A stretch of DNA of 64,000 nucleotides from a phage: the NCBI GenBank assembly GCA_024790105.1, contig GCA_024790105.1_3053.1. One strand, given 5' to 3'. Positions 49,274-59,903 of the stretch are shown one piece after another. The stretch's first letter is position 1; each line of letters begins with the position of its first letter. The notes beneath the pieces were generated by a model. That model saw only the letters and a list, made by a program, of their open reading frames with translations. It ran no database searches and had not been told where the DNA came from. The translations under genes and the position numbers were made by a program.

Positions 49274-51042
49274 AAAAGCCACAAGAAATGCAAACGATGC
49301 GTAGAAAAGTTATTTCAGATAATAAACCAACACAGGAAGCGGCTAAATCCGCTTCTAACATTTTATCTGGACTTAACGATATATCTACGAAATTGGATGA
49401 TGCTCAAGCTGCCTCTGAATTAATAGCTCAAACTGTCGAAGAAAAATCGAATGAAATAATTGGAGCAATTGATAGCGTAGAAAGCGCAGTGAGTGATACT
49501 ACTGCCGGTTCTGAGTTAATTGCTGAAACTGTCGAAATTGGCAACAATATTAATAAAGAAATCGGTGAATCACTCGGAAGCAAATTAGATAAATTAACGA
49601 GTTTATTAGAACAAAAAATTCAGACAGCTGGAATTCAACAGACAGGAACAAGTTTAGCCACAGTTGAAAGCGCTATTCCTGTTAAAGTCGTTGAGGATGA
49701 TACTGCTGAATCTGTGGGTCCTTTATTACCAGCTCCCGAAGCAGTTAATAATGATCCTGACGCTGATTTTTTTCCTACCCCTCAACCAGTTGAACCCAAA
49801 CAAGAATCACCAGAAGAAAAACAGAAAAAAGAAGCATTTAACTTAAAATTATCTCAAGCTTTAGATAAATTAACAAAGACAGTTGATTTTGGATTTAAGA
49901 AATCTATTTCAATTACTGATAAAATATCAAGCATGCTATTTAAGTACACCGTCAGTGCTGCTATTGAAGCTGCTAAAATGACTGCAATGATATTGGCTGT
50001 TGTTGTTGGAATAGACTTGTTGATGGTTCACTTTAAATACTGGTCAGATAAATTTTCGCAAGCCTGGGACTTGTTTAGTACTGACTTTACTAAATTCTCT
50101 AGCGAAACCGGAACATGGGGACCTTTATTACAGAGCATCTTTAGCTCTATTGACGAAATTAAAAAATTCTGGGAAGCTGGAGATTGGGGCGGTTTGACGG
50201 TAGCTATTGTAGAAGGGCTTGGAAAGGTTCTTTTTAATTTAGGAGAGCTTATTCAATTAGGTATGGCTAAATTATCTGCGGCAATTCTTCGAGTCATTCC
50301 TGGCATGAAGGATACTGCTGATGAAGTAGAAGGAAGAGCACTAGAAAATTTCCAAAATTCTACTGGAGCATCTCTCAATAAAGAAGACCAAGAAAAAGTA
50401 GCGAATTATCAAGATAAACGAATGAATGGAGACCTTGGTCCGATAGCAGAAGGACTAGACAAAATTGCGAACTGGAAAACTCGTGCATCTAACTGGATTC
50501 GTGGTGTTGATAATAAAGAAGCACTAACTACCGACGAAGAACGTGCAGCAGAAGAAGAAAAATTAAAGCAACTTTCACCAGAAGAAAGAAAAAATGCTTT
50601 AATGAAAGCTAATGAAGCTCGTGCTGCGATGATTCGTTTTGAAAAATATGCTGATTCGGCTGATATGAGTAAAGACTCAACGGTTAAATCAGTTGAAGCT
50701 GCTTATGAAGACCTTAAAAAACGGATGGATGACCCGGATTTAAATAATTCACCGGCAGTTAAAAAAGAACTTGCTTCTAGATTTGCTAAAATTGATGCTA
50801 CTTATCAAGAGCTCAAGAAAAATCAGCCTAATGCCAAACCTGAAACTTCTGCTAAATCACCAGAAGCGAAACAGGTCCAGGTTATTGAAAAGAACAAAGC
50901 ACAACAAGCTCCTGTTCAACAAGCATCTCCTTCAATCAATAATACTAATAATGTTATTAAGAAAAATACTGTCGTTCATAATATGACACCTGTTACGAGC
51001 ACAACTGCTCCTGGTGTATTTGGCGCGACTGGAGTTAATTAA
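49270..51042 (+). CDS. 29: baseplate hub / tail length determination protein gp29
   Basis: 590 aa; synteny. Confidence 0.9.
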   Translation: MKKPQEMQTMRRKVISDNKPTQEAAKSASNILSGLNDISTKLDDAQAASELIAQTVEEKSNEIIGAIDSVESAVSDTTAGSELIAETVEIGNNINKEIGESLGSKLDKLTSLLEQKIQTAGIQQTGTSLATVESAIPVKVVEDDTAESVGPLLPAPEAVNNDPDADFFPTPQPVEPKQESPEEKQKKEAFNLKLSQALDKLTKTVDFGFKKSISITDKISSMLFKYTVSAAIEAAKMTAMILAVVVGIDLLMVHFKYWSDKFSQAWDLFSTDFTKFSSETGTWGPLLQSIFSSIDEIKKFWEAGDWGGLTVAIVEGLGKVLFNLGELIQLGMAKLSAAILRVIPGMKDTADEVEGRALENFQNSTGASLNKEDQEKVANYQDKRMNGDLGPIAEGLDKIANWKTRASNWIRGVDNKEALTTDEERAAEEEKLKQLSPEERKNALMKANEARAAMIRFEKYADSADMSKDSTVKSVEAAYEDLKKRMDDPDLNNSPAVKKELASRFAKIDATYQELKKNQPNAKPETSAKSPEAKQVQVIEKNKAQQAPVQQASPSINNTNNVIKKNTVVHNMTPVTSTTAPGVFGATGVN

Positions 51043-51050
51043 GGAATAAT

Positions 51051-52151
51051 ATGGCAATTGTTAAAGAAATAACTGCTGATTTAATTAAAAAGTCCGGTGA
51101 GACAATTTCAGCTGGACAAAGTACTAAATTAGAAGTAGGAATTAAAACATACACAGCCCAGTTTCCAACTGGGCGTGCTAGTGGTAATGACACTACAGGG
51201 GACTTCCAGGTAACAGATCTATATAAGAATGGATTATTATTTACTGCATACAATATGTCATCTAGGGATTCTGGAAGTCTTAGATCGATGAGATCTAACT
51301 ACGCTTCTTCATCCTCATCCTCTAATATTTTGAGCACAGCTAGAAACACTATTAGTAGTACAGTATCAAAACTATCAAATGGATTAATATCAAATAATAA
51401 TTCAGGAACAATAAGTAAAGCTCCTGTCGCAAACATTCTTTTACCGAGATCTAAATCTGATGTTGACACATCATCACATAGATTTAATGATGTTCAAGAA
51501 AGCCTTATCAGTAGAGGCGGAGGTACTGCTACTGGTGTGCTAAGTAATATTGCTTCAACCGCAGTATTTGGGGCACTGGAAAGTATAACACAAGGTATAA
51601 TGGCTGATAATAATGAACAGATTTATACGACAGCCAGAAGTATGTATGGTGGTGCTGAAAATAGAACTAAAGTGTTTACATGGGATTTAACTCCACGTTC
51701 AACAGAAGATTTAATGGCTATTATTAATATCTATCAATATTTTAACTATTTTTCTTACGGTGAAACGGGTAAATCTCAATATGCTGCTGAAATAAAGGGG
51801 TATTTAGATGATTGGTATCGTTCTACGTTAATTGAACCTTTATCTCCGGAAGACGCAGCTAAAAATAAAACACTATTTGAGAAAATGACATCGAGTTTAA
51901 CGAACGTTCTAGTAGTTTCAAACCCGACAGTTTGGATGGTGAAAAACTTTGGCGCAACATCTAAGTTTGATGGAAAAACGGAAATATTTGGTCCATGCCA
52001 AATACAGAGCATTAGATTTGATAAAACACCTAATGGTAACTTTAACGGATTAGCTATTGCTCCAAACCTCCCTAGTACATTTACTCTCGAGATTACTATG
52101 AGAGAAATTATCACGTTAAACCGTGCTTCTTTATATGCGGGGACTTTTTAA
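51051..52151 (+). CDS. 48: baseplate tail tube cap protein gp48
   Basis: 366 aa; synteny. Confidence 0.85.
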   Translation: MAIVKEITADLIKKSGETISAGQSTKLEVGIKTYTAQFPTGRASGNDTTGDFQVTDLYKNGLLFTAYNMSSRDSGSLRSMRSNYASSSSSSNILSTARNTISSTVSKLSNGLISNNNSGTISKAPVANILLPRSKSDVDTSSHRFNDVQESLISRGGGTATGVLSNIASTAVFGALESITQGIMADNNEQIYTTARSMYGGAENRTKVFTWDLTPRSTEDLMAIINIYQYFNYFSYGETGKSQYAAEIKGYLDDWYRSTLIEPLSPEDAAKNKTLFEKMTSSLTNVLVVSNPTVWMVKNFGATSKFDGKTEIFGPCQIQSIRFDKTPNGNFNGLAIAPNLPSTFTLEITMREIITLNRASLYAGTF

Positions 52152-53116
52152 TGTATTCTTTAGAGGAATTTAATAATCAAGCAATAAACGCAGATTTCCA
52201 ACGTAATAATATGTTTAGCTGCGTTTTTGCAACAACTCCATCAACTAAAAGCTCTTCGTTGATAAGTTCAATTAGCAACTTTTCTTATAATAACTTGGGC
52301 CTAAATTCAAATTGGTTAGGATTAACTCAAGGTGATATTAATCAGGGAATTACCACGCTAATTACAGCTGGCACACAAAAACTGATAAGAAAATCAAGGG
52401 TTAGTAAATATCTTATTGGTGCCATGAGTCAACGTACAGTTCAAAGTTTATTAGGCTCATTTACAGTTGGTACATATTTAATTGACTTCTTTAACATGGC
52501 ATATAACTCATCTGGATTGATGATATATTCCGTAAAAATGCCAGAGAATAGATTATCCTATGAAACTGACTGGAATTATAATTCTCCTAATATTCGTATA
52601 ACTGGGAGAGAATTAGACCCTTTGGTTATTTCATTTAGGATGGATTCAGAAGCTTGTAACTATCGTGCAATGCAAGACTGGGTTAACGCTGTTCAAGACC
52701 CAGTAACTGGACTGCGTGCTTTGCCACAAGATGTCGAGGCAGATATTCAGGTTAATCTTCATGCTCGTAATGGATTACCTCATACTGCGGTGATGTTCAC
52801 CGGATGCATTCCAATATCAGTGAGCGCTCCTGAGTTATCATATGATGGAGATAACCAAATAACTACATTTGACGTTACTTTTGCGTACAGAGTGATGCAG
52901 GCTGGAGCAGTTGATAGGCAAGCTGCGCTTGAATGGCTTGAATCTGCTGCTATAAATGGTATTCAAAGCGTTCTCGGAAATAGTGGAGGTGTTACTGGAC
53001 TATCTAATTCGCTTTCACGACTCAGTAGATTAGGGGGAACTGCTGGAAGCATTTCAAACATTAATACCATGACAGGAATTGTCAATTCGCAAAGTAAAAT
53101 ATTAGGAGCAATATAA
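52151..53116 (+). CDS. 54: baseplate tail tube initiator gp54
   Basis: 321 aa; synteny. Confidence 0.85.
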   Translation: MYSLEEFNNQAINADFQRNNMFSCVFATTPSTKSSSLISSISNFSYNNLGLNSNWLGLTQGDINQGITTLITAGTQKLIRKSRVSKYLIGAMSQRTVQSLLGSFTVGTYLIDFFNMAYNSSGLMIYSVKMPENRLSYETDWNYNSPNIRITGRELDPLVISFRMDSEACNYRAMQDWVNAVQDPVTGLRALPQDVEADIQVNLHARNGLPHTAVMFTGCIPISVSAPELSYDGDNQITTFDVTFAYRVMQAGAVDRQAALEWLESAAINGIQSVLGNSGGVTGLSNSLSRLSRLGGTAGSISNINTMTGIVNSQSKILGAI

Positions 53117-53120
53117 CAAT

Positions 53121-53150
53121 GGGGACCTTTCGGTCCCCATATTTTTATTT
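53121..53150 (+). terminator. rho-independent terminator after gene 54
   Basis: GGGGACCTTTCGGTCCCC hairpin followed by ATATTTTTATTT. Confidence 0.7.
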
Positions 53151-53441
53151 ACGAAATGAAATGAAAGCAGCAACTGAAGCAACTAAACTGTCTTCAATAT
53201 AAACTTCAATTTTTACCGGAGCTTCTGACTCAAATTTACCTGTTACTACACCTTGAAAAATACTTTCAGTCTGTTCTGGCTTTGAAAAATTTTCAGAAGG
53301 AAAAATTAAAATTCCGAACTTTTTATCTGTTCCAAAAATTTTGATAAATTCATCATAAACTGCTTCATTAAAAGCATTATCAGCAGGAATAACGCCTTCA
53401 ACTACAAGTTCTTGACCTAAAAAGCGCAAAGAAGATTTCAT
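53145..53441 (-). CDS. hypothetical protein (alt-upstream small ORF)
   Basis: 98-aa ORF. Confidence 0.5.
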   Translation of the reverse strand: MKSSLRFLGQELVVEGVIPADNAFNEAVYDEFIKIFGTDKKFGILIFPSENFSKPEQTESIFQGVVTGKFESEAPVKIEVYIEDSLVASVAAFISFRK

Positions 53442-53473
53442 TTTGTGTTCCTCATGTTATGTCAGTAAGACTA

Positions 53474-53863
53474 CTATAACACAAAACGAGGGACTTGTAA
53501 ACTACATTTTGAACTTTTTAGTACGCGTAATAGGCATGCGTCGATTTTATACTGTTTCATTGTTTGAAGAGCAGTATCAAAAACGGCGTTAATGACACCA
53601 ATTGGATTTCCACCTAAGTTTTTAAGCTTAACTAATGATAGTTTCTCATTAACACCTATCATTACGATATGCATCATTTTGTCGCCTGGCTTAACGTTTT
53701 TATTCGTATCACCGCCAGAGGTGTATGTACAAAATCTAAATCCAGGAAGCACGCTTTCTTCGCCGGCTTGAATAGCAAAAATTTGTGGTATTTTATGCTT
53801 AGGATTTAAGTTAACAACCGGCGCCGAAGCGCCGTTAAATAATTATGTAATAAGTTCCATGAT
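53474..53863 (-). pseudogene. truncated alt paralog (N-terminal ADP-ribosyltransferase fragment, in-frame stop after codon 5)
   Basis: translation ...PGFRFCTYTSGGDTNKNVKPGDKMMHIV...QTMKQYKIDACLLRVLKS parallels Alt residues ~40-130; upstream homology (MELIT) is followed by TAA. Confidence 0.55.
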
Positions 53864-55915
53864 TTATCCTTGAACGAACTTGTAAGGCATATTTGCAATA
53901 TCTATGCAAGACGCAATAATTCCAAGAGATGATTCTACTTTCTGTTTAACATTTGATGAAACAAATGATGCAAAGTCAACTCTATCTTCTATATCACCTG
54001 TCATTGTAACCAATTCACCAGTTTCCATTAAATGGTCTCCGTCATAGATTACAGATTCGGTGAGTTCTTCTGTGGTCATAACTTCAGCTTGAATAAGCTT
54101 GTTGTTAGTTCTAACTGTTCCATCGTTGTAAGATGCATCGGTTATTTTATTAACTTTGACCATTAATCCACGTGGCAAAATGACTTCCATTTCATTTGAA
54201 GGCGCTAAACTTCCACCGGGTAAAACAACATTGACCTTATCAGCCCCAGTAATAACCCATCCAATTCCAACTAAATTATCGCTAGAATTTACTAGTCCTT
54301 CATCAGTTTTATCAATAGAAACACTTAGACGCTTTTCGTCTGGTAAAACACCTATAGATGAATCAGTCATCCAAGTACCAAAAATATTTGGATATAATGA
54401 TGTTGACACAAAGTTTCTAAAATAAAAAACTCGATTTTTTACCATTGCTTCATATATTGAAGGTAACATTCGTTGTGAACGATACAAAGTAATACCTTTT
54501 GGTAATCGTTCACCATTTTTAAAGGCTGAATCTAAATTATCAATGGCTTGTTCTATTTCAGGTGCTGTTAAAATACTTGTACGCTCATCTGGATTATATA
54601 ATCCCAAAAGAGCATTATTCATGTCTACATATCCTGAACCTACATATTCACGAATTCCGCGTTTTTGCGCTGGTGTGTATTTAGATGAATCTTTATTTTC
54701 GACTATAGGATGTAATGACCATCCAGCGGTAAGAGCATATCCACGTAATTCTCTTCGAATAATCTTTGTTTTTATTGCATTCCAAGAATTTTGCACTAAC
54801 TCATTTGCAGCGTCTTGATTTAAATGCGAATGCTTGTTAATATTTCTTTCTAACCAAGCACCTTTATATTTTTCTAAGGTATCATCGACGATAGAAGCAA
54901 TAGTTTCTAAAGTTTTTATTGAAGTAATAGATTCTTTTCGTAATTTTTCTAAAGCTTTATTTTTTATTTCTGCATTAATAATGGATTCTTTATCTTCAGG
55001 AATTATAGAAGCTTCTCTGAATGCCATCCCAGCTGTAACACTACTAAGAGCATTCTCTAATGCAAATCCTGAAGTAGAAATAACAGTTAATTCATTAGCA
55101 TCAGAAATTAAAGGAGCGTCAGCAGGTTTATTTAATTCTGCCGCTGAAGCCTCAAATTTTTGAAACATCGGCGTTTCAAATCTAGAAGATTCCAACGACT
55201 GACTTTGTGCAATTGCTCTACGGGAAATTTTAACTTTAACGATTACAGCTTGGTCAGAACGTTTATCATTTTCTTGTGCAATAGATGCTGCAATTGCCTC
55301 ATTTTTAGTTACTTGGGCTCCAGTATCTTTATTGATATAAACATCACCGACCTTCGATTCAACTTTAGTAAAGAGCTCGGTACTAATTTCCGGAACTCCT
55401 GGAATGTCTTCTAGTGATACATTTTTGCGATGTATAAGAATATATGCATACTTTTTATCGTAATCCCAGAGTTCCTTAAGAAGGACGTATCTGCCACCTG
55501 AACGACTACGGATAAGTCTATCAGCAATAACTTGAATTTGTCGAGCTTGACCAGCGGTTTTAGACTTAAGAATACGAAGCATACAAGCATCAATTTTATA
55601 CTGACGCATTGTTTGCATTGCAACAGTAAAAACCGAATTGATATAATTAATTGGGCTTGGACCAAGACCTTTCAATTTAGCAATTGAACCTTTAGCGGTT
55701 AATGTAAAAGGAACAATATGCATCATTTTATCGCCCAGTTTTAAATCGCGATTAGTATCACCTCCAGATGTATAGGTACATAAACGAAAGCCTGGTTGTT
55801 CAATTGCATCATCAACATGAACTGAAAAAATTTGCGGTATTTTCTTCTTTGGATTTAAGTTTGTAATTGGAAGAGTAGTATCTTCGTCAAATAATTCTGT
55901 AATTAGTTCCATCAT
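53864..55915 (-). CDS. alt: Alt ADP-ribosyltransferase (packaged head protein)
   Basis: 683 aa; R / STS / ExE-type ART motifs (YRSQR, VSTSLYP, NEMEV). Confidence 0.85.
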   Translation of the reverse strand: MMELITELFDEDTTLPITNLNPKKKIPQIFSVHVDDAIEQPGFRLCTYTSGGDTNRDLKLGDKMMHIVPFTLTAKGSIAKLKGLGPSPINYINSVFTVAMQTMRQYKIDACMLRILKSKTAGQARQIQVIADRLIRSRSGGRYVLLKELWDYDKKYAYILIHRKNVSLEDIPGVPEISTELFTKVESKVGDVYINKDTGAQVTKNEAIAASIAQENDKRSDQAVIVKVKISRRAIAQSQSLESSRFETPMFQKFEASAAELNKPADAPLISDANELTVISTSGFALENALSSVTAGMAFREASIIPEDKESIINAEIKNKALEKLRKESITSIKTLETIASIVDDTLEKYKGAWLERNINKHSHLNQDAANELVQNSWNAIKTKIIRRELRGYALTAGWSLHPIVENKDSSKYTPAQKRGIREYVGSGYVDMNNALLGLYNPDERTSILTAPEIEQAIDNLDSAFKNGERLPKGITLYRSQRMLPSIYEAMVKNRVFYFRNFVSTSLYPNIFGTWMTDSSIGVLPDEKRLSVSIDKTDEGLVNSSDNLVGIGWVITGADKVNVVLPGGSLAPSNEMEVILPRGLMVKVNKITDASYNDGTVRTNNKLIQAEVMTTEELTESVIYDGDHLMETGELVTMTGDIEDRVDFASFVSSNVKQKVESSLGIIASCIDIANMPYKFVQG

Positions 55916-55935
55916 ATCCTCTCTATTGTTTATTC

Positions 55936-55943
55936 TATTTATA
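55936..55943 (-). promoter_or_regulatory. late promoter TATAAATA (alt)
   Basis: exact TATAAATA on minus strand ~21 nt upstream of alt start. Confidence 0.55.
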
Positions 55944-55964
55944 AAATTAAAGGCCCGAAGGCCT

Positions 55965-56153
55965 TTAATAATCTAACGGTAAGAGAGTACGATATATTTC
56001 AAACTTTGGACCTTTTTCATAAGCATCAAATGTTTCTGTGAATTTATTATAAGCATATGCATCTACAAATTCGAGAATGACTTGTGATACAGAAGTAGAA
56101 ACATCTCCACCTTCTTTTTGAGCAATGACAATTGTTTCTAAGTAAGCTTTCAT
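55965..56153 (-). CDS. hypothetical small protein
   Basis: 62-aa ORF overlapping gene 30 stop. Confidence 0.45.
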   Translation of the reverse strand: MKAYLETIVIAQKEGGDVSTSVSQVILEFVDAYAYNKFTETFDAYEKGPKFEIYRTLLPLDY

Positions 56154-57613
56154 AGACCAGTTACCTCATGAAAATCGCCAAATACATCTTCGAACGTATT
56201 AGCTTTAGTTTTATCTTCACGTAAACGAATCGCAATCGGAAGAAATAATTTAACGTAATCAGTGCGGCCATCAGATTTTAACCAACCGTTGCATTCGCAC
56301 TCTAGAATTTTTCCAATATAATAATTTTGGTTTTCCATAATGCGAGTACGGTCAAGTTCATGCGATTTTACACCGGCTTTATCTTTTAAGCCTGAACCAG
56401 CATTTACTTTAATTTTTCCACACTCTGATTCAAGAATAAATCCACCTGCTTTAGTAGGGTCTTTACGGTGAGGATAAATTCCTACAATTTTTAAATCAAC
56501 ATCAATTACTTCTTTAAATTTATAGAGATTTTTTGAACGAGCATTTTCCCATAATCCATCGATATTTTTGAGAATAATACCTTCAAGACCTTGGTCAATA
56601 TACTTTTTATAAATTACCTTAGCTTCATCTAGGTTATTTACTACCTGGTTTTCAATTAAAATTACTTTATCATAGCCTGATGTCATTTGTTCTAGTTTAG
56701 AAAAACGTACATCATATTTCAAACGAAATGCAGGAAGACCGTATATTTCTACCAATGGAACATAATCCCAGACCTGAAACTTCATGCATTGAGCTTCTTT
56801 TTCTGAAATAGTTCCCTTCAAAGATTTATTGGCAATTCCATTAGATGTAGTACGTGATTCAGCTACTTCTGTGAAGTCTTTAACTTTGCTGTTTTCAGGA
56901 TGAGCATCAAAAAGAAAATCTAGGCCTTCTGGCTCCTTTTTAACTTGCTCATGGTATACCAATTCGCCATCAATTAACACGCCTTCTGGATGAATCTGGC
57001 GGGCTTCAGCAGTCATTTTGATTAATTCTTCCTTAAGAAGATCTAATCCTAGATATTCATTACCAGCTCGTGATAAAAGACGAACATCATCTAATTCATC
57101 ACCTCTGACTTCGGCAAAGCACCGAGCTCCATCAGCTTTTAACTGGGCAAAGGCTGGAAATTTGATATTCTTATTAATGCCTTTTTCATCATAAGAACTT
57201 GCAAGCATTTGAGGTTGTTCAGGAATTAAACCTGGCCAAACTTTGTTTGCAATAGATACTGAAGCACCACATTCAAGGTCTCGCATCATCACCCGACGCA
57301 AAACTTCAACATCATCTTTTTTACCGTCAGCAATATATCCAGTTAATTCCTCAATTGCTGCATTTCCAGTCAATTTCCGAGTAGCTAATGTGAATTCAAT
57401 GAAGTCAAGCATATCGGTAAGAGTCAACATTCCAAAACTCTGGGTAGCAATACCCGGTTTAGGCCATTTCTTGATATAATACTGCAACCCACGAGAATAA
57501 GTCAGACGATATACTCGTTTAAGCAATTCATTATCTTTATTCTTTTCAAGAATTGCTTGCTTCTGCTTAGTTGAACCAATAGATGCTATTTCGTTCAGAA
57601 TTTTAAGAATCAT
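56150..57613 (-). CDS. 30: ATP-dependent DNA ligase gp30
   Basis: 487 aa; ligase motif I KADGAR. Confidence 0.95.
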   Translation of the reverse strand: MILKILNEIASIGSTKQKQAILEKNKDNELLKRVYRLTYSRGLQYYIKKWPKPGIATQSFGMLTLTDMLDFIEFTLATRKLTGNAAIEELTGYIADGKKDDVEVLRRVMMRDLECGASVSIANKVWPGLIPEQPQMLASSYDEKGINKNIKFPAFAQLKADGARCFAEVRGDELDDVRLLSRAGNEYLGLDLLKEELIKMTAEARQIHPEGVLIDGELVYHEQVKKEPEGLDFLFDAHPENSKVKDFTEVAESRTTSNGIANKSLKGTISEKEAQCMKFQVWDYVPLVEIYGLPAFRLKYDVRFSKLEQMTSGYDKVILIENQVVNNLDEAKVIYKKYIDQGLEGIILKNIDGLWENARSKNLYKFKEVIDVDLKIVGIYPHRKDPTKAGGFILESECGKIKVNAGSGLKDKAGVKSHELDRTRIMENQNYYIGKILECECNGWLKSDGRTDYVKLFLPIAIRLREDKTKANTFEDVFGDFHEVTGL

Positions 57614-57879
57614 TATTCATCCTTCAGAGTTTGGTTTACAGCTCTATTATAAATCAATTCATCATTAAGCTCAGTCAAAGACTTATGATATGTGGTTCTA
57701 ACTTTATTTCCTTGCATCCAGTGCTTGATATAAATGAAACCTTGCTCTACGCATTTTTTAAAAATTCGTTCGTCTTTTTGAGCTCGGAATTCTGGATTGC
57801 ATCTAAAAAATTGATTTACGTGACCGTAATCACGTGTAGTATTACCTTCATTTTCATAAATAGTGTGAACAACAAACAT
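57613..57879 (-). CDS. hypothetical protein (T4 30.1 position)
   Basis: 88-aa ORF. Confidence 0.5.
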   Translation of the reverse strand: MFVVHTIYENEGNTTRDYGHVNQFFRCNPEFRAQKDERIFKKCVEQGFIYIKHWMQGNKVRTTYHKSLTELNDELIYNRAVNQTLKDE

Positions 57880-58715
57880 TAGAATGCTCCTTGGAAAATA
57901 TTATCACCACCAGTAGGTCTATTATACAAATACTCTATGCCACCAGGTTTAATATAGTTCCATGTCTGAAACGGATGTGTCTGATATGGATGATATAGAT
58001 TATAAGGATTAAATCCAGGAGTTCTCCAGGTAGTGTTCCAAGGAAAAGAATCGTTTTTGATCATCTTCTCAATTACATCTTTTATAACTTTTTCACTATC
58101 AAAACTTTCTTTATTTTCCTTCGATGGAAAAAGCTTATTCTCTACATCGTTCCATGTATAAACTCGCTGTGCAGTTTTTGGAATACTGTCACGCTCTCCT
58201 CGAGCCATCCAATAAACTGGAACATTTAATATTTCACTCGCATGATCGCAGTGGTGAGCGAGATCGTCAATATAACAAATTACGTTATATTTCTCTTTTG
58301 CCTTTTTGAACAACTCTTCTTTTGAAGAATCATGACCACACATCAATACTTCTGAGAAGGCACCAGGAAAAAGAGCATTCAAGTTAAATTGACGATTCAG
58401 CAGAGCGTCAATAGAATCACCCAATGCTGTAACAGCTACAAAATTATAATCTTCTTTTAATTTGTTAATTACACACAGGGCATCTTTATATGGAGACAAG
58501 TAACGAATAAAATCTGAACGATTGTATTTTTCAATTAACTTGACGCCAAGTTCTTCATCACAATTAAAGAGTTTGCCAGGAGAAATAAATTTCTCATCTT
58601 GGATCATTTTTAAAATATGTTCTAACGGAAGATTATATTTCTGAGCAAAATAAGGAAGGCCTGATTGCCAGCTTAAACATACTCCATCAATATCAGTTAA
58701 AATAGTAGGCTTCAT
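57879..58715 (-). CDS. HAD-superfamily-like hydrolase (T4 30.2 position)
   Basis: N-terminal ILTDIDGV (DxDG HAD motif I); 278 aa. Confidence 0.6.
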   Translation of the reverse strand: MKPTILTDIDGVCLSWQSGLPYFAQKYNLPLEHILKMIQDEKFISPGKLFNCDEELGVKLIEKYNRSDFIRYLSPYKDALCVINKLKEDYNFVAVTALGDSIDALLNRQFNLNALFPGAFSEVLMCGHDSSKEELFKKAKEKYNVICYIDDLAHHCDHASEILNVPVYWMARGERDSIPKTAQRVYTWNDVENKLFPSKENKESFDSEKVIKDVIEKMIKNDSFPWNTTWRTPGFNPYNLYHPYQTHPFQTWNYIKPGGIEYLYNRPTGGDNIFQGAF

Positions 58716-59176
58716 AGAGAGTCTCTTAATAGGTTTAACACATCAATAAATTCAGCTTCGGTTAGTATTGTATCATCTTTTGTTAGACCACTAGCCATGC
58801 TGTGCTTCAAAACTTTTCCTTTTGAGGCTTGTAAGGCATCACGAAACCCCTTGTTTTGAATCGCTGCTTCAAAATATGCATTTGTGTATAATTCTTTCCA
58901 CGCTGTGGAGTATCTTGAAAACGGAACTCCAAGCCAGAAGAGGGTCCCACGGTCCTGAGCTCTAGCATAAGACCTTCCAGCTTGTTGAGCGGCAAGCCCG
59001 GATAACCCAAATATACGACGTTGTTGTTCAACATTTTTCACCTTGCATCCTTGGAGGAATCCTTCAAGACCTCCGAATTGAATACCATCCATAACAAAAG
59101 GCCATTGAGCGAAATTACTTAATGCGCATGATGGCCATCTAAAATTGCTTCTAATCTCTAACTCAGACATTTTCAA
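58712..59176 (-). CDS. hypothetical protein (T4 30.3 position)
   Basis: 154-aa ORF. Confidence 0.5.
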   Translation of the reverse strand: MKMSELEIRSNFRWPSCALSNFAQWPFVMDGIQFGGLEGFLQGCKVKNVEQQRRIFGLSGLAAQQAGRSYARAQDRGTLFWLGVPFSRYSTAWKELYTNAYFEAAIQNKGFRDALQASKGKVLKHSMASGLTKDDTILTEAEFIDVLNLLRDSL

Positions 59177-59369
59177 TACTTATAATTTCAACATCAGCCC
59201 AATGACCATAGCAAGGAAGACGAAATTCAACTGGCCAGTTAGGGTCCTTTTCTAATATAATAGACTCAACTCGTGGTTCTTCGTGTTCATCAGTATACGG
59301 ATTTTTATCTGTTACTTTATATGTGACCTTAATGTACTGAATTCCAAAAATCTTATTAATTATATTCAT
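59163..59369 (-). CDS. hypothetical small protein
   Basis: 68-aa ORF. Confidence 0.45.
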   Translation of the reverse strand: MNIINKIFGIQYIKVTYKVTDKNPYTDEHEEPRVESIILEKDPNWPVEFRLPCYGHWADVEIISIENV

Positions 59370-59563
59370 ACTAATTCCTTTAATCCGTAGATAGGAGATA
59401 ATTCATCACCCATACGAAGGTCTTCATTTCCATCTACCCAGGAAACAATATAAGCCTCTTTTATTTGAATACCACTCCATTTAAATGGAGGTAGAACCTT
59501 AGAAATTAATCCAGGTATACCAACTCCCTTTAATTCAACAGTTTGACCTAAAAAGAATTTCAT
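59366..59563 (-). CDS. hypothetical small protein
   Basis: 65-aa ORF. Confidence 0.45.
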   Translation of the reverse strand: MKFFLGQTVELKGVGIPGLISKVLPPFKWSGIQIKEAYIVSWVDGNEDLRMGDELSPIYGLKELV

Positions 59564-59850
59564 TAGAACCTCATCTGAAAACCGTGCGATTTAACATTAC
59601 CGCCATTAATATCAGAACTATTAATTTCGCGCGCAATTGAAGGGTCAATGTCAATTTCACGATTGAGTTTAGTGATAGCTAAAGTATCACGCCCATTTAC
59701 TGTACGGAATTCTAAAGGACAAACCACATCAACGTAGTTTTTAATCGATTCGCTAGTAGGTTGCAAATGTGCAGGAAGGTCTTTAGGTGCCTTTGAGAAA
59801 ACAACTTCACAGAAATTTTTGCGGGTATCAAAATAAGTAGTCATAAACAT
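59563..59850 (-). CDS. hypothetical protein
   Basis: ATG at 59848-59850 with GAGGAA RBS (MFMTTYFDTRK...); ORF-track extension to 59913 crosses a hairpin and promoter. Confidence 0.5.
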   Translation of the reverse strand: MFMTTYFDTRKNFCEVVFSKAPKDLPAHLQPTSESIKNYVDVVCPLEFRTVNGRDTLAITKLNREIDIDPSIAREINSSDINGGNVKSHGFQMRF

Positions 59851-59903
59851 AATATTTTCCTCAATAGGGGGCCGAAGCCCTTTTCTTTTGTTTGTGTAAG
59901 ATA

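Noticed and set aside
54156-55414. Four plus-strand ORFs (84-109 aa) across the alt locus
   Set aside because: All lie antisense within the 683-aa alt gene; no independent start signals.
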